Shown here: positions 1 to 7,989 of the stretch, one piece after another
Numbering within the stretch: position 1 is the first letter of the stretch
Layout of the letters: every line of letters starts with the position of its first letter
Assembly: GCA_963674825.1 (NCBI GenBank)
Contig: OY771587.1
Span: 768,001 to 832,000 of the forward strand
Origin: Candidatus Cloacimonadales bacterium
GTDB lineage: Bacteria > Cloacimonadota > Cloacimonadia > Cloacimonadales > JAIOQZ01
Reading direction: 5' to 3'
Length of the DNA: 64,000 bases
Position numbers and translations under genes: made by a program
The notes under the pieces: model-generated
Database searches by the model: none
What the model was told of the DNA's origin: nothing
The model's input: the letters and a program-made list of their open reading frames with translations, nothing else

Positions 1-459
1 TTTTTCTTCGCCATCGCGGAAGATTGTCAGTTTGACCTCGTCACCAGGCGAGTAATCTTCCAGTGTTTTGAGGAATACCTTGTAATTGGTTATCTCGTTG
101 TCGTCAATCTTCATCAGAATATCGTCGGCTTTGAGATTGTATTTATCAGCAGGCGTGTTGTAGGAAATGCGGTTGATCACGATACCGTAATCGCCCTTGT
201 ACCCCAGTTCCCTGGCTCTGGTCAGGCTGAGGTCTGCCGAATAGATGCCCATGTACGCCTTCGAGCTCGAAACCCGTGTCTCTACCCGGACGCGAACATC
301 GGAATCCCCCGATATATCTTTCATCTCGGCGCGAACGTCATCGATCTCCGCCTGAAGTTCCACCATCGTTTCCTGCAATTCCTGATCAGTTTCTTCCGAC
401 TGCGCTATCAACCCCCAGATAGTCAGCAGCAAGACAAGCAACAATGTTATGCGTTTCAT
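1..459 (-). CDS. Secreted PDZ-domain protein (3' end runs off the window)
   Basis: Manual translation from ATG at 459 (AGGAGG RBS at 465-470): MKRITLLLVLLLTIWGLIAQ signal peptide, a coiled segment, then a PDZ-like region AYMGIY...GIVINRISYNTPADKYNLKADDILMKIDD. Not in the ORF track because it is truncated. Confidence 0.8.
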   Translation of the reverse strand, partial: MKRITLLLVLLLTIWGLIAQSEETDQELQETMVELQAEIDDVRAEMKDISGDSDVRVRVETRVSSSKAYMGIYSADLSLTRARELGYKGDYGIVINRISYNTPADKYNLKADDILMKIDDNEITNYKVFLKTLEDYSPGDEVKLTIFRDGEEK

Positions 460-507
460 GAATACCTCCTTTCCGTCGTAACTTTTTCCGCATTCGACTT
501 CCTATAT

Positions 508-524
508 AACAATACGCGTGCCAA
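508..524 (-). promoter_or_regulatory. Putative sigma54 -24/-12 promoter of the PDZ gene
   Basis: Minus strand reads TTGGCACGCGTATTGTT: perfect TGGCAC -24 box, GT instead of GC at -12. About 50 nt upstream of the ATG. Confidence 0.55.
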
Positions 525-552
525 TCCCGCATGGTCGAAGCATCTGTCTGTT

Positions 553-565
553 TATCAATAACTTA
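553..565 (+). promoter_or_regulatory. IHF-binding consensus site
   Basis: TATCAATAACTTA matches WATCAANNNNTTR exactly and lies between the sigma54-like motif and a palindrome. Confidence 0.55.
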
Positions 566-600
566 CGGCATACGCATAATTGTAATTTGGCTTGTTTTTC

Positions 601-628
601 TGATATAATCGCGGTACTCGTTATATCA
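601..628. promoter_or_regulatory. Palindromic operator / candidate upstream activator site
   Basis: TGATATAA-N12-TTATATCA perfect inverted repeat. Confidence 0.45.
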
Positions 629-696
629 ATATCATATCTCCGCCTTCGCGCCGACCATAGCCGGCGCGATGACGAAATTCTGTGCGAATGTGTGAT

Positions 697-1188
697 TCAG
701 AAAGGCTCGAACCGGTTCCGATTCCAATAATCCTTTTCAGCATCCGCTTCAATGGTGATAAGGTCGTCATAATGTTGCATCTCCCAATCGGCCAGAACTA
801 CGAACAGCGATTTGAGTTCTGGAGTATCGACTTCTTTCGCGCACTTTTTGTAGTAGTCGAACGCTGTTTTCTCGAGAAGCACTCCTGTGGAAATCGCTGC
901 GAAAAGCGTTTGATTCTGCGCAACACGTTCGATGATCTCATCGGTCATGATAGGGCTGCTCATCCCACCCTGCAAATCAAGCTTGCATAGCTGTTTATCG
1001 TTTGAGATGTCGTTGTAATACGTAAGAAGATAGTTATAGTGTCTCTCCTCTTCCGTAATACGTTGCTTGAAGAAATCCTGGACTGCGGAATCCTGGGTAT
1101 TCGCCAAAGCAGCTTCATAAAGCATTATACTTTCCAGCTCGCCTTTCATGCCATCCCTGAGCGCTTTCAGGTATTCATCTTTGAGCAT
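697..1188 (-). CDS. Rubrerythrin/ferritin-like diiron protein
   Basis: Two ExxH-type motifs (EEERH, WEMQH) in a four-helix-bundle pattern. ATG at 1188 has an AGGAGG RBS. Confidence 0.85.
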   Translation of the reverse strand: MLKDEYLKALRDGMKGELESIMLYEAALANTQDSAVQDFFKQRITEEERHYNYLLTYYNDISNDKQLCKLDLQGGMSSPIMTDEIIERVAQNQTLFAAISTGVLLEKTAFDYYKKCAKEVDTPELKSLFVVLADWEMQHYDDLITIEADAEKDYWNRNRFEPF

Positions 1189-1324
1189 GACTCCTCCTTT
1201 CGGTTTATACATATGTCATTTTAGACGATAATAAAAAAAGCGGTCAACGTCAAAAGAAAGATATTGACATAATTTTCTTACAGCCTAACCTTAAGGTGGA
1301 TGGAGAGATAGGGTGTTTCTACGC

Positions 1325-1380
1325 AAAAAAGAAAAAAGAATAAAAAAAAGCGTGACAAAAAAAGGTTCCATATCTATCTT
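1325..1380 (+). promoter_or_regulatory. Putative sigma70 promoter with A-tract UP element
   Basis: GTGACA (1352)-17 nt-TATCTT (1375), preceded by A-tracts, upstream of the 1438 gene. Confidence 0.4.
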
Positions 1381-1437
1381 ATCATCAGAAGGGTCTAAAT
1401 AGCCTGAAATGTCCCAGGTTGTAATAAGGAGAGAGCC

Positions 1438-2046
1438 ATGAAACGAACGCTCCTGATGGTAGCTGCAATGGTTATGTTCACTCTTTCGGTGTTTGCCGTT
1501 ACCGTGAACTATAACGGCGTGCAATACGTTGCCGCAGTTACCGAACTGTACGATGTTAACGATAATGGTCTTTCCGATTTTTACGGCCGGACTCCCGATG
1601 GAGATATCCTCCTGTTCGAACAGCGCAGTACCCAGTCGACTGACTACGAATGGATTACTGAAGCGCATCTGGCGAACAATACGGAGCAGACCTCGGGATG
1701 CGAAAGCGGTTTTGTCGATCTGAAGCCGCCGCCACCTCCACCTCCACCACCACCGGACGTTGATGTTCTCCGTGCCGAAGGAACGACCGCATATCCGAAC
1801 CCGTTCAATCCTGGTACATACATCCGGTTCAATCTGAATCAGCCAGCCATGGTTAAGGTTACGATCTACAACCAACGCGGTCAGCTTGTTTCGGAACTGG
1901 TGGAAGATGCACTTGACGACGGATCGCATGAGTTCTACTGGAATGGCATGGATAACTCCGGCAAAGGCGTTGCCAGTGGAATTTACTTCTTCAGAGTCGC
2001 TTCCGGCAAAGAATCGATCACACGTAAGATCATGCTCCTCAAGTAA
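1438..2046 (+). CDS. Small secreted protein with poly-Pro linker and T9SS type-A/FlgD-Ig-like C-terminal domain
   Basis: Signal peptide, short passenger, Pro10, then AYPNPFNP...IYNQRGQLV...WNG.D..GK.VASGIYF...KIMLLK. Confidence 0.85.
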   Translation: MKRTLLMVAAMVMFTLSVFAVTVNYNGVQYVAAVTELYDVNDNGLSDFYGRTPDGDILLFEQRSTQSTDYEWITEAHLANNTEQTSGCESGFVDLKPPPPPPPPPPDVDVLRAEGTTAYPNPFNPGTYIRFNLNQPAMVKVTIYNQRGQLVSELVEDALDDGSHEFYWNGMDNSGKGVASGIYFFRVASGKESITRKIMLLK

Positions 2047-2062
2047 CAACCAATCAAGCTTT

Positions 2063-2095
2063 AGCCGCCTCTCCATACGGGGAGGCGGTTTTTTT
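2063..2095 (+). terminator. Rho-independent terminator
   Basis: AGCCGCCTC...GAGGCGGTT hairpin followed by a T run. Confidence 0.8.
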
Positions 2096-2207
2096 ATCCT
2101 GATTCCTTCCATTCCGTACCGCATTGAGCAACGTTCGCTTTCGTTCATACCCTGTCCATCCGTGCACGGAAAACACGGCAAATACACGGTTTTAGGCACA
2201 TTTTCGA

Positions 2208-2224
2208 GTGGTATCTGTCTTGCA
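2208..2224 (+). promoter_or_regulatory. Putative sigma54 promoter of the ankyrin-MBL gene
   Basis: GTGGTATCTGTCTTGCA = GG-N10-GC, positioned just upstream of the AAGGAGG RBS and ATG 2251. Confidence 0.6.
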
Positions 2225-2250
2225 TATATACTCCGCAACAAGGAGGAGAG

Positions 2251-4962
2251 ATGCAAAAGAGGTACTTGCTTATCGTACTGTTTGCCACCCTGACTCTGGG
2301 ACTGTTCGCGCTGTCCCTGCAGCAGGCTGTGGAAGAGGGGAACCAGAACTATATCGAAGCTTGCCTGAAGAGCCATCCGGACTCGCTGAATTTCAGTAAT
2401 GAAATCGGCGAAAACCTGCTGTTCAACGCAACAAGAGCCGGTCAAATCGAAACGTTCGACGCACTCATCGCGAAGGGACTCGATCTGCATTCGGTCAATC
2501 AGCTTGGACGATCGCTCATTGAAGCGGCTGCGGAGGGCGGTAGTATCCCGATGGTTGAGCACCTTCAGAAACAGGGTTTATCAATCGAACACCGGGATTT
2601 CCATCGTGGAACCGTCCTGCAAAGTGCTGTAAGTGGCGGAAATGTCGAGATGATACGCTACCTGATCGATCACGGAGCTGACATCCATCAAACCAACGAC
2701 CGCGGCTCTACACTTATCCATCTTGCCGCAGCATTCGAACAACCTGAAGCGCTGCGATACGTCCTTACTCTCGGGCTTAACATCGACGCCACGGATACCG
2801 CAAATGGATTTACGGCCATACACTGGGCCGCTTACAATAACTCCGTTGAGATGGCTCAAATTCTCCTCGAAAACGGTGCGAAGTACGATGTTCCCGATAC
2901 GCGCAATAACTGGATTCCATTGCAATGGGCTCTGGCGCGTAGAAGCCTCGATACAGCACGATTCTTCTTCGATAAAGGCGTCGATATCGAGCGCACGGAC
3001 GCCCTTGGAAACACGCTTCTGCACAATGTAGTTCAATCCGGCGACCTGGATATGATACGGCTCGTTGTGAACCAAGGCGCAGACCTGTCCACAGTCAACA
3101 ACCGCGGCGAAGGAATTCTCTTCTTCGCTGCGCAGAACGGCAATCTCGATATTGTGCAATTCTTCCTCGACAAAGGACTCGACATCAACATCCGCAGCAA
3201 CGCCAATTCGAGCATCATCTTCCCGGCAGCTTTCAGCGGAAACATGGAGACGATTCGCTTTCTGGTCGATGAAGGTTTGAGTCCAACCGAAAAAGACAAC
3301 GACAACAGCACACCGTTGCTGTGGGCTTGCCAGGGCGGACAGATCGAAGCTGCCGGTTTTTTCCTCGAAGCAGGCTGCAATATCAACGAAATGGATGAAT
3401 CGATTGAGCAGACTCCGCTGATGCTCTCCATTCGCAGCGGGAATCTTGACTTAGCGAAGATGCTCGTCGAGCACGGCGCTGACATCAACTTCCAGACTCC
3501 TGAAGAACGGAACACTGCCCTGCACTATTGCGTACAGTCAAACAGGCCTGAAATCATGGACTACCTGCTGCAACAGGGAGCAAATCCAGATATGATGAAT
3601 AGTGGTGGCCATAATGTCCTCGCTATGGCCTGTGCCTGGGGCAGAGCAAACATGGTAGCGATTCTGCTCGAACATGGCGCAGACGCCGGAAAGCCTGAAT
3701 GCCCAGAGGGTGGATTCTGCGTCGAAAATCCTGCTATCCCGCTCTTCTCTGCCGCGTGGGGCAACGCAGAAGTAGTCCGGCTGCTTCTTGCACATGGCGC
3801 GGACGTCAATCAACGAAACGAAGAGGGAAAAACAGCGCTGCATGCGTCGATGCGTGCCCGTGACAAAAACATCATCGACGCTTTAATTGATGGCGGAGCT
3901 GATATTAACGCCAGAGACAACATAGGCAACACACCGCTGATGTATGCCATGAACACAGCCGGAAATGTTAATTTCGATGCTCTCATGGAGCATCACCCCG
4001 ATGTAAATACCAGCAACACCGAAGGTCAGACTCCTGCGCATCAGGCTGCAATCTATGGCAACACGCATTGTCTGCAAGCGATAGTCGATCAAAAAGCCCG
4101 AATCAGCAAGAAAGACAGCGCAGGTCACACGCCAATGTACTACGCTCAGTACTACGGACATAAAAATCTTACCGACATGCTCCTGAATAACGGAGCAAAA
4201 AGCGTAAAATACAAGGATGACCGTACGATCGGCAATCAGGGCGAAGCAAAAATCTGGTACCTCGGCCACAGCGGATGGGCGGTCAAGACACAAAACAGTC
4301 TCCTAATCTTCGATTATTGGCGAGCGCAGGACGAGTTTGAAACACCCAGCCTCAGCAATGGTATGATCGACCCGGAAGAACTTCAGGCCGAAAATGTCTA
4401 TGTATTCTGCTCGCATAGCCACGCGGATCATTGGGATCCCATCATCTTCGAATGGAATCTTCCCACCGCCACCTATATCCTCGGACACAACCCGGCCGGT
4501 CAAGATGGCTTTCACTTCATGGAACCGCGTCAGACGCAGACTTTGGGTAATGTAGAAGTCACCACCATAGCCGCAACCGATTCCGGCGTAGGCTTCATGG
4601 TGCAGGTGGATGGCCTGACCATTTACCACGCCGGCGATCACGGCAACATGGATCCCGAACTCGATGGCCCATACGAGCAGGAGATTGATTATCTCTATGA
4701 TCGCGGATTCCGACCCGATATCGCCTTCCTGCCAATCAGCGGATGCAATTTCGGCAATGTCCGGCTTGTGAAAGAAGGTGTTTACTACTTCCTCGATAAG
4801 ATGAAACCAAGCGTATTGTTACCGATGCACGCCTATAACAACGAATACCGCTACCGGGAATTCGCCGATGAAGCTACAGAAAAAGGGTACACAACCGAAA
4901 TCCTTTGCGCAGAGCATCGCGGCGATCGATTTTCATTCCACAAGGACAACAGGTCACGTTAA
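2251..4962 (+). CDS. Secreted ankyrin-repeat protein fused to a C-terminal metallo-beta-lactamase-fold hydrolase
   Basis: Signal peptide; roughly 17-18 ankyrin repeats (G.TPLH.A...G...V..LL..GAD.N); MBL motifs YLGHSG, SHSHADH, IYHAGD, PMH. Confidence 0.85.
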   Translation: MQKRYLLIVLFATLTLGLFALSLQQAVEEGNQNYIEACLKSHPDSLNFSNEIGENLLFNATRAGQIETFDALIAKGLDLHSVNQLGRSLIEAAAEGGSIPMVEHLQKQGLSIEHRDFHRGTVLQSAVSGGNVEMIRYLIDHGADIHQTNDRGSTLIHLAAAFEQPEALRYVLTLGLNIDATDTANGFTAIHWAAYNNSVEMAQILLENGAKYDVPDTRNNWIPLQWALARRSLDTARFFFDKGVDIERTDALGNTLLHNVVQSGDLDMIRLVVNQGADLSTVNNRGEGILFFAAQNGNLDIVQFFLDKGLDINIRSNANSSIIFPAAFSGNMETIRFLVDEGLSPTEKDNDNSTPLLWACQGGQIEAAGFFLEAGCNINEMDESIEQTPLMLSIRSGNLDLAKMLVEHGADINFQTPEERNTALHYCVQSNRPEIMDYLLQQGANPDMMNSGGHNVLAMACAWGRANMVAILLEHGADAGKPECPEGGFCVENPAIPLFSAAWGNAEVVRLLLAHGADVNQRNEEGKTALHASMRARDKNIIDALIDGGADINARDNIGNTPLMYAMNTAGNVNFDALMEHHPDVNTSNTEGQTPAHQAAIYGNTHCLQAIVDQKARISKKDSAGHTPMYYAQYYGHKNLTDMLLNNGAKSVKYKDDRTIGNQGEAKIWYLGHSGWAVKTQNSLLIFDYWRAQDEFETPSLSNGMIDPEELQAENVYVFCSHSHADHWDPIIFEWNLPTATYILGHNPAGQDGFHFMEPRQTQTLGNVEVTTIAATDSGVGFMVQVDGLTIYHAGDHGNMDPELDGPYEQEIDYLYDRGFRPDIAFLPISGCNFGNVRLVKEGVYYFLDKMKPSVLLPMHAYNNEYRYREFADEATEKGYTTEILCAEHRGDRFSFHKDNRSR

Positions 4963-4969
4963 ACGAAGC

Positions 4970-5037
4970 ACCCGGAGATTGGTGCCTGCGAATTTGCAGC
5001 AATGCATACCAGAAATCGCGGCACTCGATCTCCGGGT
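4970..5037. other. Long imperfect stem-loop after the ankyrin-MBL gene
   Basis: ACCCGGAGAT/ATCTCCGGGT outer stem with GTGCC/GGCAC and GCGA/TCGC inner stems. Confidence 0.5.
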
Positions 5038-5197
5038 ACGCTCCTCTTTCTATCCGCTATAGAACACCACTTTTTTCCCTTGACGAATTGAGCCCTACAT
5101 GGAATAAATTTAAGTTGAAAGATTGTGAACCTCGAAGAGCTATTAAAGCTAAGCAACACAACAGATTGCACTCTTCGAGACAAGGAGATATTCTGGC

Positions 5198-6103
5198 ATG
5201 AATCAACTGAAACGACTGGAAGAAATCACTGCGGTTGTTCGCGAACAGGGCAGAAAGAGACTTGCTGTAGCCTACGCGCAGGATCCAAACACCATCGAAT
5301 CGATCGGCATGGCGCTCAAAGAGGGCATCATCGACGCCTTCATGATTGGCGACAAAGACAAAATCATCGCAACCGCGCAAGAGAAGAACATCGACCCGGA
5401 TCAGTTCAACATCGTGCACGTGCCTGACGAAACCCAATCGGCTAAGGAAGCCGTGCGGATGGTTCGCGACGGCGAAGCCGACGTACTGATGAAAGGACTC
5501 GTCTCAACCGATAAATATCTCAAAGCGATCCTCGACAAGGAGAAGGGCCTGCTTCCACCGGGCAACGTCATGAGTCACGTCTGCATCGTGGATATCCCGG
5601 CCTATCGCAAGCTGATTTTTCTCGCCGACACAGCGGTGATCCCGTTCCCGACCCTGGATCAGAAGATCGCCATGCTGCAATATACCATCGCTACGGCGCA
5701 TAAATTTGGCGTCAAGCAACCCAAAGCCGCGCTCCTTACAGCCACGGAAAAGGTCAACCCCAAGTTTCAGGCGACCATCGACGCAAGTATTATCTGCAAG
5801 ATGGCCGACCGTGGACAGATCAAGGGTGCGATTGTGGATGGTCCACTCGACCTCTTCCTCGCATGCGACCCGAGCGCTGTAGAGATCAAAGGCGTCGATA
5901 CACCCATCGCGGGTGACGCCGATATCCTGATTTTCCCGACCATCGAGGCCTCGAACCTGTTCTACAAGGGTGTGATGCTCTTCGCAGGCGGTGAGCTTGC
6001 CGGCCTCATGCAGGGCACCACACATCCCGTGATCGTCACTTCCAGAAGCGAAAGCACCCTGTCGAAGTACTACTCGATCGCAGCAGGTTGCCTGACAGTG
6101 TGA
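5198..6103 (+). CDS. ptb: Phosphate butyryltransferase (PTA/PTB family)
   Basis: ADVLMKGLVST, DGPLD, GDADILIFP.IEA.N and VIVTSRS motifs; 301 aa. Confidence 0.85.
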   Translation: MNQLKRLEEITAVVREQGRKRLAVAYAQDPNTIESIGMALKEGIIDAFMIGDKDKIIATAQEKNIDPDQFNIVHVPDETQSAKEAVRMVRDGEADVLMKGLVSTDKYLKAILDKEKGLLPPGNVMSHVCIVDIPAYRKLIFLADTAVIPFPTLDQKIAMLQYTIATAHKFGVKQPKAALLTATEKVNPKFQATIDASIICKMADRGQIKGAIVDGPLDLFLACDPSAVEIKGVDTPIAGDADILIFPTIEASNLFYKGVMLFAGGELAGLMQGTTHPVIVTSRSESTLSKYYSIAAGCLTV

Positions 6104-6116
6104 CAAGGAGAAGCAA

Positions 6117-6566
6117 ATGAAAAAGATAGCCATCGGTTCCGATCACGCCGGTTTTCAGCTCAAGGAAGCTGTGAGAATCGCGCTTTCGGAAGAATATGAG
6201 ATGATCGATTATGGCACAGACAGCGAGAAATCGATCGACTACCCCGACTACGGTTTCGCGGTTGCGAACGCCGTCTCAGAGGGTGAATGCGAAGTCGGTA
6301 TCCTGGTCTGCGGATCGGGCATCGGCATGAGCATCGTCGCGAACAAGGTCAAAGGCATCCGGGCTGCGCTCTGCCATAACAAGGAATTCGCCCAGCTCTC
6401 CCGTATGCACAACAACGCCAACATCCTGGTGATGCCCGGTCGGTTTATCGCCGATTCGTACGGTGTCCAGATTGCTAAAACATGGTTGAACACTGAGTTC
6501 GAAGGCGATCGTCACCAGAAACGGCTTGATAAAATTTCCAACTACGAAAGCAAGAACACAAAATAA
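6117..6566 (+). CDS. rpiB: Ribose-5-phosphate isomerase B
   Basis: IAIGSDHAG, DYPD, CGSGIGMSI.ANK, HNNANIL, FEG.RH. Confidence 0.95.
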   Translation: MKKIAIGSDHAGFQLKEAVRIALSEEYEMIDYGTDSEKSIDYPDYGFAVANAVSEGECEVGILVCGSGIGMSIVANKVKGIRAALCHNKEFAQLSRMHNNANILVMPGRFIADSYGVQIAKTWLNTEFEGDRHQKRLDKISNYESKNTK

Positions 6567-6586
6567 AAACAAAGAGGTAAGCTATT

Positions 6587-7897
6587 ATGATGCACATCAA
6601 AAAACAGGATCCCGAAGTATTTGAAGCGATGTTTTCCGAGCTGAAACGCCAATCGGAAAATCTTGAGCTGATCGCATCCGAGAACTTCGTTTCTCCTGCG
6701 GTCCTCGAAGCTGCTGGATCGGTTCTGACCAATAAATACGCTGAAGGCTATCCCTACCGCTGGAGCAAGAAAACCGACCAGATCAACTACAAGCTCTATG
6801 GCCGTTACTACGGTGGTTGCGAGTATGTGGACGTGGTGGAACAGCTGGCGATCGAACGCGCGAAGGAACTCTTCGGCGCAGAGCACGCAAACGTACAGCC
6901 TCATTCCGGTTCTCAGGCCAATATGGCTGCTTATTTCTCGGTGATCAAACCGGGCGATACCATCCTCAGCCTCGAGCTTTCCCACGGCGGTCACCTGACC
7001 CACGGCCATCCGCTCAGCTTCTCCGGCGCTCTCTTTAATATCGTGCCTTACGGCGTCGATAAAGAGACTGAAGTCTTCGATTACGACGAGATTCGCAAGC
7101 TCGCACTCGAAGTGAAACCGCAGCTGATCCTGACTGGTGCCAGCGCTTACCCGCGCACCATCGATTTCAAGAAGTTCCGTGAGATCGCTGACGAAGTAGG
7201 CGCGAAATTCATGGTGGATATGGCGCACATCGCAGGGTTGGTCGCTGCAGGATTGCATCCAAGCCCAGTACCCTATGCCGACATCGTGACCACCACCACC
7301 CACAAGACCCTGCGCGGACCGCGTGCCGGACTCATCCTCTGTAAAGACGAGCTCGCCAAGGAAGTGGACAAGTGGGTATTCCCGGGATGCCAGGGCGGAC
7401 CGCTCATGCACATTATCGCAGCGAAAGCCGTCGCCTTCAAGGAAGCACTCTCGGATGATTTCAAGGCTTACCAGAAACAGATTATCGACAACGCGCAAGC
7501 ACTTTCGAAAGCCCTCATCGAACGCGGTTTCCGTCTTGTCGCTGGTGGCACGGACACACACCTGATGCTCATCGACCTCGGCACAGAAGAATCCGGCGGA
7601 CCTTCCGGCAAGAAGATGGAAGGCTCACTCGACAAGGGTGGAATCACCGCGAACAAGAACACCGTACCGTTCGATACCCGCGCACCGTTCGTCGCTTCCG
7701 GTATCCGTCTTGGGACCCCCGCGGTCACGACCAAGGGCCTCAAGGAAGCCGACATGGCGATCGTTGCAGAGTTCATCAAGAATATCTATGATAACCACGA
7801 TAACGATGAAAAACTGGAAGAGATCAAGAAGGAAGTTAGAGCTTTTAGCACGAAGTTCCCTCTGTATGCTGATCTGATCGCTGAATATCAGAACTGA
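6587..7897 (+). CDS. glyA: Serine hydroxymethyltransferase
   Basis: [35 protein letters not shown] (PLP lysine), SGIRLGTPA. Confidence 0.97.
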   Translation: MMHIKKQDPEVFEAMFSELKRQSENLELIASENFVSPAVLEAAGSVLTNKYAEGYPYRWSKKTDQINYKLYGRYYGGCEYVDVVEQLAIERAKELFGAEHANVQPHSGSQANMAAYFSVIKPGDTILSLELSHGGHLTHGHPLSFSGALFNIVPYGVDKETEVFDYDEIRKLALEVKPQLILTGASAYPRTIDFKKFREIADEVGAKFMVDMAHIAGLVAAGLHPSPVPYADIVTTTTHKTLRGPRAGLILCKDELAKEVDKWVFPGCQGGPLMHIIAAKAVAFKEALSDDFKAYQKQIIDNAQALSKALIERGFRLVAGGTDTHLMLIDLGTEESGGPSGKKMEGSLDKGGITANKNTVPFDTRAPFVASGIRLGTPAVTTKGLKEADMAIVAEFIKNIYDNHDNDEKLEEIKKEVRAFSTKFPLYADLIAEYQN

Positions 7898-7989
7898 AAT
7901 AGCACTCGAACCCTTTGATCTGCGTTTATACGAGGTTAACAGGGGAACGGTAATTGAGATTATAACCAAGATCATAAAGGAGCTTTTAT

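Noticed and set aside
646..669. Terminator for the rubrerythrin gene (TCGCGCCG/CGGCGCGA hairpin)
   Set aside because: The stem is real but has no U-tract on the minus strand, so it was not called as a terminator.
1291..2562. 423-aa minus-strand ORF, and similar long antisense ORFs (6542-7561, 9883-11529, 52790-53827, 53607-54317)
   Set aside because: They overlap well-supported genes on the opposite strand and have no recognisable motifs.
4240..4962. Antibiotic-resistance metallo-beta-lactamase
   Set aside because: HxHxDH is shared by the whole superfamily, and the surrounding motifs fit UlaG-like hydrolases rather than class B enzymes.
6755..6802. Intein or intron in glyA
   Set aside because: The insert is only 14 extra residues, in frame, with no splicing motifs.
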